In this document: piece after piece, positions 1 through 7,823 of the stretch
Position numbering within the stretch: position 1 is the first letter of the stretch
How the letters are laid out: each line of letters opens with the position of its first letter
Assembly (NCBI GenBank): GCA_016177405.1
Contig: JACOVG010000004.1
Coordinates: forward strand, 18,674 to 82,673
Direction of reading: 5' to 3'
Origin: Candidatus Omnitrophota bacterium
GTDB lineage: Bacteria; Omnitrophota; Gorgyraeia; 1-14-0-20-64-10
Length of the DNA stretch: 64,000 nucleotides
Translations under genes and position numbers: made by a program
The notes under the pieces: generated by a model
Databases searched by the model: none
What the model was told of the DNA's origin: nothing
The model's input: the letters and a program-made list of their open reading frames with translations, nothing else

Positions 1-96
1 AGGTCCACCAGCTCGCGCGCCGTGGAGTCCTGGGGCAGTGAAAGGGTAAGCTCCGAGAGCCCCACGCGGTCCGCCAACTGGGCGAAAACGAGCACC

Positions 97-567
97 TTAA
101 CGGTCATGGTTGGCTGCAAAATCGGCAATTCGTTCAAGCTCCTTCGGAAGCAGCCCGGCCGGGTCCACGCCGACCAAGGCAAGACCTCGGCCAATCGTGA
201 GACGCCTTCCCTTCTTGGGCTCAAGCCGAATGGCCGGACGTCCCAATTCTTTCTTGAAACCCTCCACGAGAATCAGATCCACGCGCCCCTTCATGAGGGT
301 GACGGCCCGCGCCAAGGGGATCTCCTCGGAAGTCTGAAAGACCCAGGCCGCCTGCCTGGGCGAGATCACGGCCACCACCCCGGCGCCGGCCCGGGTGTGG
401 CGCCAGCTGTCCTTGCCGGGGTGATCCATCTCAAAACCGTGGTGCGCGTGCTTGACGGTGCCGACCCGCAGGCCTTTGGAACGCAAGCGGGGGATCAGCT
501 TCTCGATCAAGGTGGTCTTGCCGGAGCCGGAGGAGCCGGCCACGCGCACCACGCAAGGCTTAGCCAT
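97..567 (-). CDS. mobB: molybdopterin-guanine dinucleotide biosynthesis adapter protein MobB
   Basis: Walker A P-loop GSSGSGKTTL near the N-terminus and about 155 aa, typical of MobB. The ORF track start at 639 overlaps moeA by 80 nt. The internal ATG giving MAKPCVVRVAGSSGSGKTT (567) leaves a 4-nt gap after the moeA stop, so that start is preferred. Confidence 0.82.
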   Translation of the reverse strand: MAKPCVVRVAGSSGSGKTTLIEKLIPRLRSKGLRVGTVKHAHHGFEMDHPGKDSWRHTRAGAGVVAVISPRQAAWVFQTSEEIPLARAVTLMKGRVDLILVEGFKKELGRPAIRLEPKKGRRLTIGRGLALVGVDPAGLLPKELERIADFAANHDR

Positions 568-1771
568 TGAATAAAAGAACCTCCACGGTTTTTCCTGCCG
601 GAATGAAGGGGCAATCCTCCGGCGCCACCACAAAGGCATTGGCCTGGGCGAGGGCCTGCATCATGGCGGAGCCCTGCTTCTCGGTGGGGGCCGCTTCCAG
701 GAAGCCGTCGCTTCCGGCCGACACCCGGGCCGTCAGGAAATGTCTTCGGTCATCCTTCTTGTGAAGATCCTGGGTCAGGCGCGCCTTGGCGTATCTGGGC
801 TTCGCCCGCGGTTTTCCTTCCAGCCGGCGGATGAGCGGCTCAATAAAGATGAGGAAGCCCACCACGCACGAGATGGGGTTTCCGGGAAGCCCAAAGATCC
901 ACGTGGGGCCCAGGCGCCCGCACAAGAGGGGCTTGCCTGGCTTCATCGCCACCTGCCAGAAGAGGGTTTCCATTCCGAGCTCCCGCAAGACCTGTTTCAC
1001 ATGGTCATGGGAGCCCACCGAAACCCCGCCGGAAACCAGCAAGAGATCTCTTCCCAATCCCGTCCGAATTTGTTTGGTGATGGCGGCGGGATCGTCGGGG
1101 ACAACCCCCAAGTCATCGCAGGTACTGCCCCCTGCTCTAAGCAGGCTTTTCAGGGTAATCCGGTTGCTGTCGTAAATTTGTCCCGGCCTGAGGGGAGCGC
1201 CTGGGGCGGCCAGCTCGCTCCCTGTGGCCAAGAGACTCACCCTGGCGCGCCGATGGACCGGCACCTCCCGGATCCCCGCCGAGGCCAGAAGGGCCAGGCG
1301 CTGGGGGTTGAGCCTTAGGCCCGGCTCAAGGAGCACCTGGCCGCGGCGCACATCCTCTCCTTGACGGCGCACATGCCTGCCGGGGTCAACCGGCCCGCGG
1401 ATCTCCACCGCGCCGTCGCGCAGCCGCCCATCCTCCAGCATCAGGACCGAGTCGGCGCCCGGCGGAAGCGGCGCGCCGGTCATGATCTTGACCGCCGTCC
1501 CTGGGGCCACCGGTTTGTCTTGCCAGCCGCCCGCGGCCACCTCGCCCGCCACCGGCAGCTTCACCGGGCGCTCGGCCCTGGCCGTTTGGGTCTCGCCGGC
1601 ACGCAGGGCGTAGCCGTCCATCGCCGAGTTGTCAAAGGGAGGCAGGTCGATGGGCGCGGTGATGGGCTTGGCCAAGACAAAACCTTCCGCCGCCTCCAAG
1701 GGCAGAGGCTCGGCGGCCAGCGGTTCAATCCGCTCTTCGATCCTTCGCCAGGCCTCTTCCACGGAGATCAC
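560..1771 (-). CDS. moeA: molybdopterin molybdenumtransferase MoeA
   Basis: MoeA signature region PITAPIDLPPFDNSAMDGYALRAGE and gephyrin-like domains. The likely start is the GTG at 1771 (GVRVISVEEA), which overlaps the upstream TGA as GTGA. The 485-aa track ORF carries a low-complexity N-terminal extension that is probably not translated. Confidence 0.82.
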   Translation of the reverse strand: MISVEEAWRRIEERIEPLAAEPLPLEAAEGFVLAKPITAPIDLPPFDNSAMDGYALRAGETQTARAERPVKLPVAGEVAAGGWQDKPVAPGTAVKIMTGAPLPPGADSVLMLEDGRLRDGAVEIRGPVDPGRHVRRQGEDVRRGQVLLEPGLRLNPQRLALLASAGIREVPVHRRARVSLLATGSELAAPGAPLRPGQIYDSNRITLKSLLRAGGSTCDDLGVVPDDPAAITKQIRTGLGRDLLLVSGGVSVGSHDHVKQVLRELGMETLFWQVAMKPGKPLLCGRLGPTWIFGLPGNPISCVVGFLIFIEPLIRRLEGKPRAKPRYAKARLTQDLHKKDDRRHFLTARVSAGSDGFLEAAPTEKQGSAMMQALAQANAFVVAPEDCPFIPAGKTVEVLLFNG

Positions 1772-2502
1772 GCGAACACCGCCTTGATTGCCGCGACCGC
1801 TAAGACGACCGCCAGCAGCCGGCGCAGGGCCGCTCCTGAAAAGCGCCGCGCTCCCAGGCGGGAACCGAGAAGACCGCCCGCGCACGCCACAACCGTAAGC
1901 CCAAGCCATGGCCCAGCCAGAGACAGCCCCTGCGCCGAGCGCCCCATCAACCCAGCCACGGAGTTGACCAGGATGAAGAAGGCGGAGGTCGCGGAGGCCT
2001 GCTTGGGGCTGGCCCATTTCTTAAAGAGAAGCAGGGGAGACAAGAAGATCCCTCCGCCAATCCCAACCATCCCTGACAAGAACCCCACCCCGGCACCTGA
2101 AGGAAGCGCCACCGCGAGGGACGGCGCTGCCTGGGCCGTTGATTCCGGAAGTTTGATCCACAGCCGCCAGGCGGCCGCCGCAAGAACCCCGGCCAAAAGC
2201 CACTCGTAGGCCCCCGGCGATATCCGGAGCCATCCGCCCATCCAAGCGGCAGGAACCGAGGCCGCGGCAAACGGCCAGGTGAGCCGCAGGGAGAGATGGC
2301 CTGCCCTGGTGAAATGAAAGAGGGCGATCCCGGAGACAAGGCAGTTCAGCACCAGGGCGCTGGCCGCCATCGCGGCAGGGGGAAGCGACATCCAAGAAAG
2401 AACAGCCAGGTATCCGCTTGCCCCGCCGTGGCCCACCGCCGAATAGAGGAAGGCCACGAAAAAGATGCCGGGTAAAACCGCCCAGGGAAAACTACTGTCC
2501 AT
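1768..2502 (-). CDS. TauE/SafE (DUF81) family anion permease
   Basis: Polytopic membrane protein with two Gly-rich DUF81 repeats (AVGHGGASGY and GMVGIGGGIF). It sits inside the Moco cluster. Confidence 0.75.
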   Translation of the reverse strand: MDSSFPWAVLPGIFFVAFLYSAVGHGGASGYLAVLSWMSLPPAAMAASALVLNCLVSGIALFHFTRAGHLSLRLTWPFAAASVPAAWMGGWLRISPGAYEWLLAGVLAAAAWRLWIKLPESTAQAAPSLAVALPSGAGVGFLSGMVGIGGGIFLSPLLLFKKWASPKQASATSAFFILVNSVAGLMGRSAQGLSLAGPWLGLTVVACAGGLLGSRLGARRFSGAALRRLLAVVLAVAAIKAVFA

Positions 2503-3004
2503 CGTGGGATTTCCCTTCCACCATCTGGAGGGCGTGCGGCAAGAGGGGCAGGAGAACCTTCAGGCACTCCCGAACCCCTCGTGGAGAGCCGGGGAGATTG
2601 ACGATGAGCGTCTTTCCGCGCTGGCCGGCCGCGGCCCTGGAAAGCCAGGCCTTGGGGTTTCGCCTGGCCGTCTCCACCCGCATCGCCTCGGGCAGGCCGG
2701 GGATCGGCCGGTTCACCACCGCCCAAGTGGCTTCGGGGGTGACGTCCCGGGGCCCGAGGCCGGTGCCGCCGGTCGTCACCACCAGCGCCAGTTTCAGGCG
2801 GTCGGAAAAATCAATGAGGCACTTTTCAATCCTTCGGCGCTCATCGGGGATGAGGGCCGTTTGAGCAACGGCGAATCCCGCCTTCTCCAAAATCTTCTGG
2901 ATGAGCCCGGTGGCGGTATCGGCCCGTTTTCCCAGGGAGCGGCTGTCGCTGACCGTGACGATTCCCGCCACTAAACCGTCGGCGGGCAGGCCCGCTTGCC
3001 TCAT
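2492..3004 (-). CDS. mogA: molybdenum cofactor biosynthesis protein MogA/MoaB family
   Basis: MogA/MoaB fold motifs (LALVVTTGGTGLGPRDVTPEA). The ATG at 3004 overlaps the moaC stop as ATGA, giving 170 aa. The upstream part of the 251-aa track ORF is low-complexity Gly/Arg/Asp. Confidence 0.78.
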   Translation of the reverse strand: MRQAGLPADGLVAGIVTVSDSRSLGKRADTATGLIQKILEKAGFAVAQTALIPDERRRIEKCLIDFSDRLKLALVVTTGGTGLGPRDVTPEATWAVVNRPIPGLPEAMRVETARRNPKAWLSRAAAGQRGKTLIVNLPGSPRGVRECLKVLLPLLPHALQMVEGKSHDGQ

Positions 3005-3447
3005 CCGCGCCTCCAAGTTCCGCTCTTTCCGCCGGATTTGCTCGTAAGAAGCAACCGGCGGATCACGATGCCGCGCTCTAAGCCCTTCAGCATGTCGTAG
3101 ACCGTCAAGGCAGCCACCGCCGCGGCGGTCATCGCCTCCATCTCCGGCCCGGTGGGGGCCGTGGTGATGACCTCGGATTCGATCACCACCGCCCGCGAGG
3201 TAAGATTGCAGCGCACCTGAATTTGACTGACAGGAATCGGGTGGCACAGCGGGATAAGGTGGGCTGTCTGTTTGGCCGCCAGGATTCCGGCGGCCTGCGC
3301 CGCGGGGATCACCTCCCCCTTGGGAACCCTTCCGGCCCGCAGGGCTTTCAAGGTCGCGGGTTTCATGACGAGCTCACAGCGGGCCGCCGCCTTCCGGACG
3401 GTCGCCGGCTTGGCGCTCACATCGGCCATCCGAATCTGGCCGCGCAT
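3001..3447 (-). CDS. moaC: cyclic pyranopterin monophosphate synthase MoaC
   Basis: Conserved MoaC core (MADVSAKPATVRKAAA, LIPLCHPIP, TGPEMEAMTAAAVAALTVYDM) and about 148 aa. Confidence 0.9.
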   Translation of the reverse strand: MRGQIRMADVSAKPATVRKAAARCELVMKPATLKALRAGRVPKGEVIPAAQAAGILAAKQTAHLIPLCHPIPVSQIQVRCNLTSRAVVIESEVITTAPTGPEMEAMTAAAVAALTVYDMLKGLERGIVIRRLLLTSKSGGKSGTWRRG

Positions 3448-3450
3448 CCC

Positions 3451-4434
3451 CTACCCTCCCACTCCCGCCATGCACAGCCGCGCGGATCCGGTCTCGCGCC
3501 GAAACATCCCGTGCATTTCAGGTTTTGCCGCCACGGCCCGAAGGATTTGTTTGGCCAGCCGCGCCGCGTCGACCTTGGGCCGCAGCGCCTCTTTAAGATC
3601 AACGGCGGAATCGTCGTCCAGGCAGGGCCTCAACTGGCCGGAAGCGGTCAGCCGCAGGCGGTTGCATCCGGCGCAGAAGGCCTGGGTCACCGCGCCGATC
3701 ACCCCGACAGTCCCCTTCGCCCCGGCCCATCGAAACGTTCGGGCAGGGCCGCAGCCGGCCGCGGGCTCGGCCGGCTCAAGCGGTCCCAGGGCCGTCAGGC
3801 GCTCCAGGATCTCCCGGGAGCTGACCAGACGCTCTCGGGTGAAGTATTCACCGATGGGCATCAGCTCGATGAAGCGGACATGCAGGGGCCGCTCCCAGGC
3901 CAGGCGGGCCATGGGGACGATCTCATCGTCGTTTACCCCGCGCATGACCACGACGTTGATCTTGACCGGGGCAAGCCCCGCCTCCAAAGCGGCCTCGATT
4001 CCGGCTAAGACATCGTCGATCTTCCCGAAGCGGGTGACCGCGGCGAAGCGCTGGGGGTCCAGGGTGTCCAGGCTGACGTTGACCCGTTTTAATCCCGCGC
4101 GGGCCAACACGCCGGCCTGCCGCGCGAGGAGAACGCCGTTGGTGGTCAGGGCCAGGTCCCTCAAGCCGGGCACCTGGGCCAATCCGGCAACCAGATCGGT
4201 GAGCCCTGGCCGAAGAAGGGGCTCCCCTCCGGTCAAACGCACCCGGGTCAACCCCAGCTCGGCCCCCGCCCGGACCACCTCAAGGATCTCTTCAAAACGG
4301 AGGATCTCCTGGCGGGGCAGCCAGGAAACGGGTTCTCGCGGCAGGCAATAAACGCAGCGAAGGTTACAGCGGTCGGTGACCGAGATCCGAAGATACTCGA
4401 TCCGCCGGCCGAAGGAATCCAAAAGCGGCTTCAT
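3451..4434 (-). CDS. moaA: GTP 3',8-cyclase MoaA (radical SAM)
   Basis: Radical SAM CNLRCVYC motif; a C-terminal second cluster (CAGCNRLRL) and GG motif are consistent with MoaA. The ATG at 4434 (MKPLLD) is preceded by GGAAAGGAG 7 nt upstream. The track start at 4449 is a TTG. Confidence 0.9.
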   Translation of the reverse strand: MKPLLDSFGRRIEYLRISVTDRCNLRCVYCLPREPVSWLPRQEILRFEEILEVVRAGAELGLTRVRLTGGEPLLRPGLTDLVAGLAQVPGLRDLALTTNGVLLARQAGVLARAGLKRVNVSLDTLDPQRFAAVTRFGKIDDVLAGIEAALEAGLAPVKINVVVMRGVNDDEIVPMARLAWERPLHVRFIELMPIGEYFTRERLVSSREILERLTALGPLEPAEPAAGCGPARTFRWAGAKGTVGVIGAVTQAFCAGCNRLRLTASGQLRPCLDDDSAVDLKEALRPKVDAARLAKQILRAVAAKPEMHGMFRRETGSARLCMAGVGG

Positions 4435-4627
4435 TCTTCTCCTTTCCAAGCACGAGGAGGCCGAATCGTTTCCTCATCGGCCCGTCCGCCAACGATCTGT
4501 GGCGGAAGGGGCCCCTGCGCCGTGCCGGCCAAGACTTTTTTGGCGGGGTTAGGCCCAGAGGCTCGGAGATATCCTAACGATCAAGCCAAATGGTACGTCA
4601 AGCGAAAGGAAGAGACTATGACCCAGA
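4435..4627 (-). ncRNA. candidate molybdenum cofactor (Moco) riboswitch in the moaA leader
   Basis: A 190-nt structured leader sits between the ferredoxin gene stop and moaA. On the minus strand it contains CUCCGAGCC..CUGGGCC elements and an anti-RBS CCUCCU 15 nt upstream that can pair with the moaA RBS AAGGAG. This matches the usual context and expression platform of Moco RNA motifs, but no covariance model was run. Confidence 0.3.
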
Positions 4628-5620
4628 TCATATTATCCGGATGGCGGCGGGCTGGTTCACCGCCTCGCACGCCTTCACGCAAATCCCGCAGCCGTCGCAG
4701 GCCGAGGCAACGATGACCGGCCGGCGGCTATCCAGAAGGATTGCCTTTTCCCGCAGGGGACAACGCAGATGGCAAAGCTGACAATCCACCCCTGACCAGG
4801 CCAGGCAGCGCGCGACATCCAAGACCGCCAGCCGTTGACCGGTTTTGGGGCCGGCCGGATCTGAAAAAAGGCCTCTCACGCCGGCCGCCAGCTCCTGGGG
4901 TGCCCGCCGCAGAAAGGTCCGGCGGTCCATTCCCGCGCCTGATTTGTCCCGCGCAGTTTTCGCCAAGGCCAGAAGCTCTTCCTGGGTCCAATGCTCGCGT
5001 CCTGTGACCACCTCAGAGAGCCCGTTCAGCTTTCGGTGTCCGGCCTCGCCGGGCGCGGTGGGCCAGCCGCGCCGCTTCATTCGGGCAGCCATCCACAGGT
5101 CCCACAGCAGCCGGAACCTCTCCCGGATCAGCTCATCCTCCATGGGGCTTTCCCCGCCGATGGTTCGCCGGCGGTCATAGGCGAAGGCGGGGTCGAGCAT
5201 GTCGTCGGCGCGCATCAGCTCCTTCCTAAGGAAGGTCATAAGCCCCGGGCGGTCCAGGAAGCGTTCCGGCGGCAGCCCGACAAGAAGAAGCGCCGCGGAC
5301 CCTTTTGAAACGAAGAGCTCGCAGTCCTCGGCCTTGCGGCTCTCGGAGCTTCGCACCGATACCCGCCGGAGGCGCCCGTCAAGTCCGGGGAATTCCCGGA
5401 GGCGCCCCGTGAAGAGCTCTTCCAGACCCATCCCCCGGAAGGTTTGGGCCGCGAGATCCGTGAAGGCTTCTTCCCGGCCTTCTTTTCTCTCATAGATCAA
5501 ATCCCGCTTCTCATGAAAATCTTTGAGGGGCGCGGGGTTGCCCGAGGCCTCCTGATCCTTCAAGACCAGGAAAACGGCCTCCTCCATCAGCTCCGGATCC
5601 ATGTGGAGCTCCGGCATCAT
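4628..5620 (-). CDS. di-cluster [4Fe-4S] ferredoxin-domain protein with an N-terminal domain of unknown function
   Basis: The C-terminal 100 aa carry two Cys clusters (CLAWSGVDCQLCHLRCP and CDGCGICVKAC), preceded by an internal MDRRTFLRRAP twin-arginine-like motif. The N-terminal 230 aa are unrecognised. RBS AGGAGA lies 9 nt upstream of the ATG at 5620, which overlaps the TorD-like stop as ATGA. Confidence 0.6.
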   Translation of the reverse strand: MMPELHMDPELMEEAVFLVLKDQEASGNPAPLKDFHEKRDLIYERKEGREEAFTDLAAQTFRGMGLEELFTGRLREFPGLDGRLRRVSVRSSESRKAEDCELFVSKGSAALLLVGLPPERFLDRPGLMTFLRKELMRADDMLDPAFAYDRRRTIGGESPMEDELIRERFRLLWDLWMAARMKRRGWPTAPGEAGHRKLNGLSEVVTGREHWTQEELLALAKTARDKSGAGMDRRTFLRRAPQELAAGVRGLFSDPAGPKTGQRLAVLDVARCLAWSGVDCQLCHLRCPLREKAILLDSRRPVIVASACDGCGICVKACEAVNQPAAIRII

Positions 5621-6372
5621 CCCGATTTCTCCTGGTCATTTGAGCAGGCCGCGCAGCCGGGCGTTTCCTCCTGCGGGAGCCTTAACGGCAGATCGTGCGA
5701 CCCGGTGGACACTCCCATCCGCGCGCACTCCCCAACGAGCCACGCGAGGGTCAGGTTGGCTGTCAGCTCCAGAAGGCTTCCCTCCGCCGCCCGGGAGAGC
5801 CGCGAGGCAAAGGCGCTCCCCCAGCGGCCCAGATGATCGGCCAGGAACTGCCGGGCCGCTTCACGGCTAAGCTGGGCGCGCTCCTCTTGGCCCTCGTCCA
5901 AGGCCAGGGCCTCCTTATAAAGGAGAAAGGCCATGAACTCGCATTCGGCCGCGATGTGGTCGGCCCGCTCGTGGGAGAGCCTCGAGACCTGCAGACCGAA
6001 GGCCTGGTAGAAGGCGCAGATGTCCCCCAGCTCCTGCGGCTGGCGGTGGCTGTGGGGCTGGCCGTACTCCAGCTCATACGGAGGGGCCGCCGAATGGACC
6101 GAGTGCCCGAAAACCCTCTCGTGCTGGGCGGTCCACTCTTCGAGGGAAGCCGCCCGAAGCGCCTCGATCAGGCGGCGGGCGGCGCCGGCGAGGCCGGCCT
6201 GGAAAAACTCCGCCACCTCGGCCAGCTTTCGGGGTTCGTCTCCGGCAAGCCACCGGGCCGTTTCCTCGTCCGGGTGGCGCAGGAGGAGAGCCAGCGCCTG
6301 GTAAACGGCGCTCCTGGCCAACAGGATCGAAAGAGCTTCAGATGGAATTTTGGTGGCTGTTGGGGCGGACAT
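5617..6372 (-). CDS. TorD/NarJ/DmsD-family redox enzyme maturation chaperone
   Basis: TorD-like signature (ERVFGHS, YELEYG, FMAFLLYKEA). The ATG at 6372 has GGAGGAG 8 nt upstream. The track start at 6420 has no RBS. Confidence 0.75.
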   Translation of the reverse strand: MSAPTATKIPSEALSILLARSAVYQALALLLRHPDEETARWLAGDEPRKLAEVAEFFQAGLAGAARRLIEALRAASLEEWTAQHERVFGHSVHSAAPPYELEYGQPHSHRQPQELGDICAFYQAFGLQVSRLSHERADHIAAECEFMAFLLYKEALALDEGQEERAQLSREAARQFLADHLGRWGSAFASRLSRAAEGSLLELTANLTLAWLVGECARMGVSTGSHDLPLRLPQEETPGCAACSNDQEKSG

Positions 6373-7576
6373 GGAAGGGCTCCTCCACCTGGGTGCGGAC
6401 CAGCTCTTGGCCGCCTTCACCGTAGCCGATCACCGTGTCGTTGTAGAGGCTGAAGGGTTTTCCGTGAATGACCGTCTCATAAACCTTGGGACCCTCCTGG
6501 ATCTCGTAGCGGAAGATGATCCGGTTGGTCCTCCGGAAAAGCTGAAGCACTGCCAGAAGCTCCCGGCTGGGGGCGCGATAGCTTTCGATCGCGGCGTCCA
6601 CCCCGGGGCCGAACATCTGCTTCAAATAGCCGCGGGGCACCCAGCGCGGCGGGATGTAGTAGCCGTTGGGAGCAGTGCCAAACTGCGGGTACAGCGGCAG
6701 GGCGACCTTGGCCACCTTGACCAGGTAGTAGATTGGGTTGTAGCGGTCCTCGGCCCAGCCTCCATCCTGGTCAAGCCGGACCAGCCCCTGCAGGCGGATC
6801 TGCCCGATGCAGGAGGCCATGCAACGGGTCTCCATGGGCACCCCGCCCGTCTCCGGGTCCTTGCCCTCGACGCGGGGGTAGCAGGCAATGCACTTTTCGC
6901 TCACGCGGGTGCTGGCGCGGTACATCGCCTTCTTGTAGGGACAGGCCTCCACGCACTTGCGGTAGCCGCGGCAGCGCTCTTGGTCGATCAGGACGATGCC
7001 GTCCTCGGGCCGCTTGTAGATCGCCTGGCGCGGGCAGGCGGCCAGGCACCCGGGGTAGGTGCAGTGGTTGCACAGCCGGGCCAGATAAAAGAACCAGGTC
7101 TTGTGCTCCGGCAGTGAAACCCCTTCCTTGTGGAACTCCATCGGCTTGCCCGGTTCTCCCACCGGGGTATCCTCGTAAATATTGGGGAAACGCCACTCCT
7201 CATCGGTAGGCAGGTACCCCAAGACCCTCTGGGGCTGCGGCCCCACACGACGCTCGGCCGCCTCGAAGATCGTCTTGCCCTGGTAGACGCCATTTTCCCA
7301 GCGCTGGGTCTCGCCGCTGGCCTCCTCCAGCATCTTCAGGATCTTCACGTCCCAGAACTGGGGATAGCCGCCGTAGGGTTTGGTCTCGACGTTGTTCCAC
7401 CACATGTACTCCTGTCCCTTGGAAAAGGTCCAGGTGGACTTGCAGGCCATCGTGCAGGTCTGACAGCCGATGCAGCGGTTCAAATTGAAGACAAAGGCGA
7501 ACTGCCGCTTGGGGAAGGCCGCCTCGTAGGGGTACGACATCCGGCGGCCAAGCTGCCAGTTAAAGACCTTGGGCAT
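6338..7576 (-). CDS. nxrB: type II DMSO reductase family Fe-S beta subunit, NxrB/NarH-like
   Basis: Four ferredoxin-type Cys clusters (CIGCQTCTMAC, CNHCTYPGCLAACP, CRGYRKCVEACP, CIACYPR). The N-terminus MPKVFNWQLGRRMSYPYEAAFPKRQFAFVFNLNRC and the 412-aa length resemble periplasmic NxrB of Nitrospira, Nitrospina and anammox. AGGAGG lies 6 nt upstream of the ATG at 7576. Confidence 0.85.
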   Translation of the reverse strand: MPKVFNWQLGRRMSYPYEAAFPKRQFAFVFNLNRCIGCQTCTMACKSTWTFSKGQEYMWWNNVETKPYGGYPQFWDVKILKMLEEASGETQRWENGVYQGKTIFEAAERRVGPQPQRVLGYLPTDEEWRFPNIYEDTPVGEPGKPMEFHKEGVSLPEHKTWFFYLARLCNHCTYPGCLAACPRQAIYKRPEDGIVLIDQERCRGYRKCVEACPYKKAMYRASTRVSEKCIACYPRVEGKDPETGGVPMETRCMASCIGQIRLQGLVRLDQDGGWAEDRYNPIYYLVKVAKVALPLYPQFGTAPNGYYIPPRWVPRGYLKQMFGPGVDAAIESYRAPSRELLAVLQLFRRTNRIIFRYEIQEGPKVYETVIHGKPFSLYNDTVIGYGEGGQELVRTQVEEPFHVRPNSHQNSI

Positions 7577-7823
7577 GACAAACCTCCTGAATGACGGCAT
7601 CCACATACGCATCCCCCTTTTGCCTCCAGACCAGATGCGGCCCGCGGTAGAAGGGGTTCCTGAACATGGCGCGCAGCTTCTCCCGCGGCCAGCCGGAGCG
7701 CAGGAATTCCTCCGCGAAGGTGACGGCCATCTCCTTGAGGGAGGCCTCGTCCGGCGCCGGGAGCACGATGCCGGTCAGCTCCATCGGGTCGTCCGGCTCC
7801 GGTTCCTTCAGCGGGATGGCCAT
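7560..7823 (-). CDS. small hypothetical protein (87 aa) between alpha and beta subunit genes
   Basis: Its ATG overlaps the nxrA stop as TGATG with GGAGG 4 nt upstream, and its 3' end overlaps the nxrB start by 17 nt. It is acidic, has no TM segment and no recognised motif. Codon usage resembles its neighbours. Confidence 0.45.
   Translation of the reverse strand: MAIPLKEPEPDDPMELTGIVLPAPDEASLKEMAVTFAEEFLRSGWPREKLRAMFRNPFYRGPHLVWRQKGDAYVDAVIQEVCHAQGL

Noticed and set aside
22-2209. Plus-strand ORFs (22-570, 740-1318, 1361-2209) across mobB/moeA
   Set aside because: They are shadow frames opposite well-supported Moco genes, with low-complexity Arg/Gly/Pro-rich translations.
4928-4930. Separate Tat-ferredoxin gene starting at the internal ATG (MDRRTFLRR)
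   Set aside because: No Shine-Dalgarno-like sequence precedes this ATG and the frame is continuous from 5620, so a single fused protein is the more economical call. The alternative is kept as a hypothesis in the findings.
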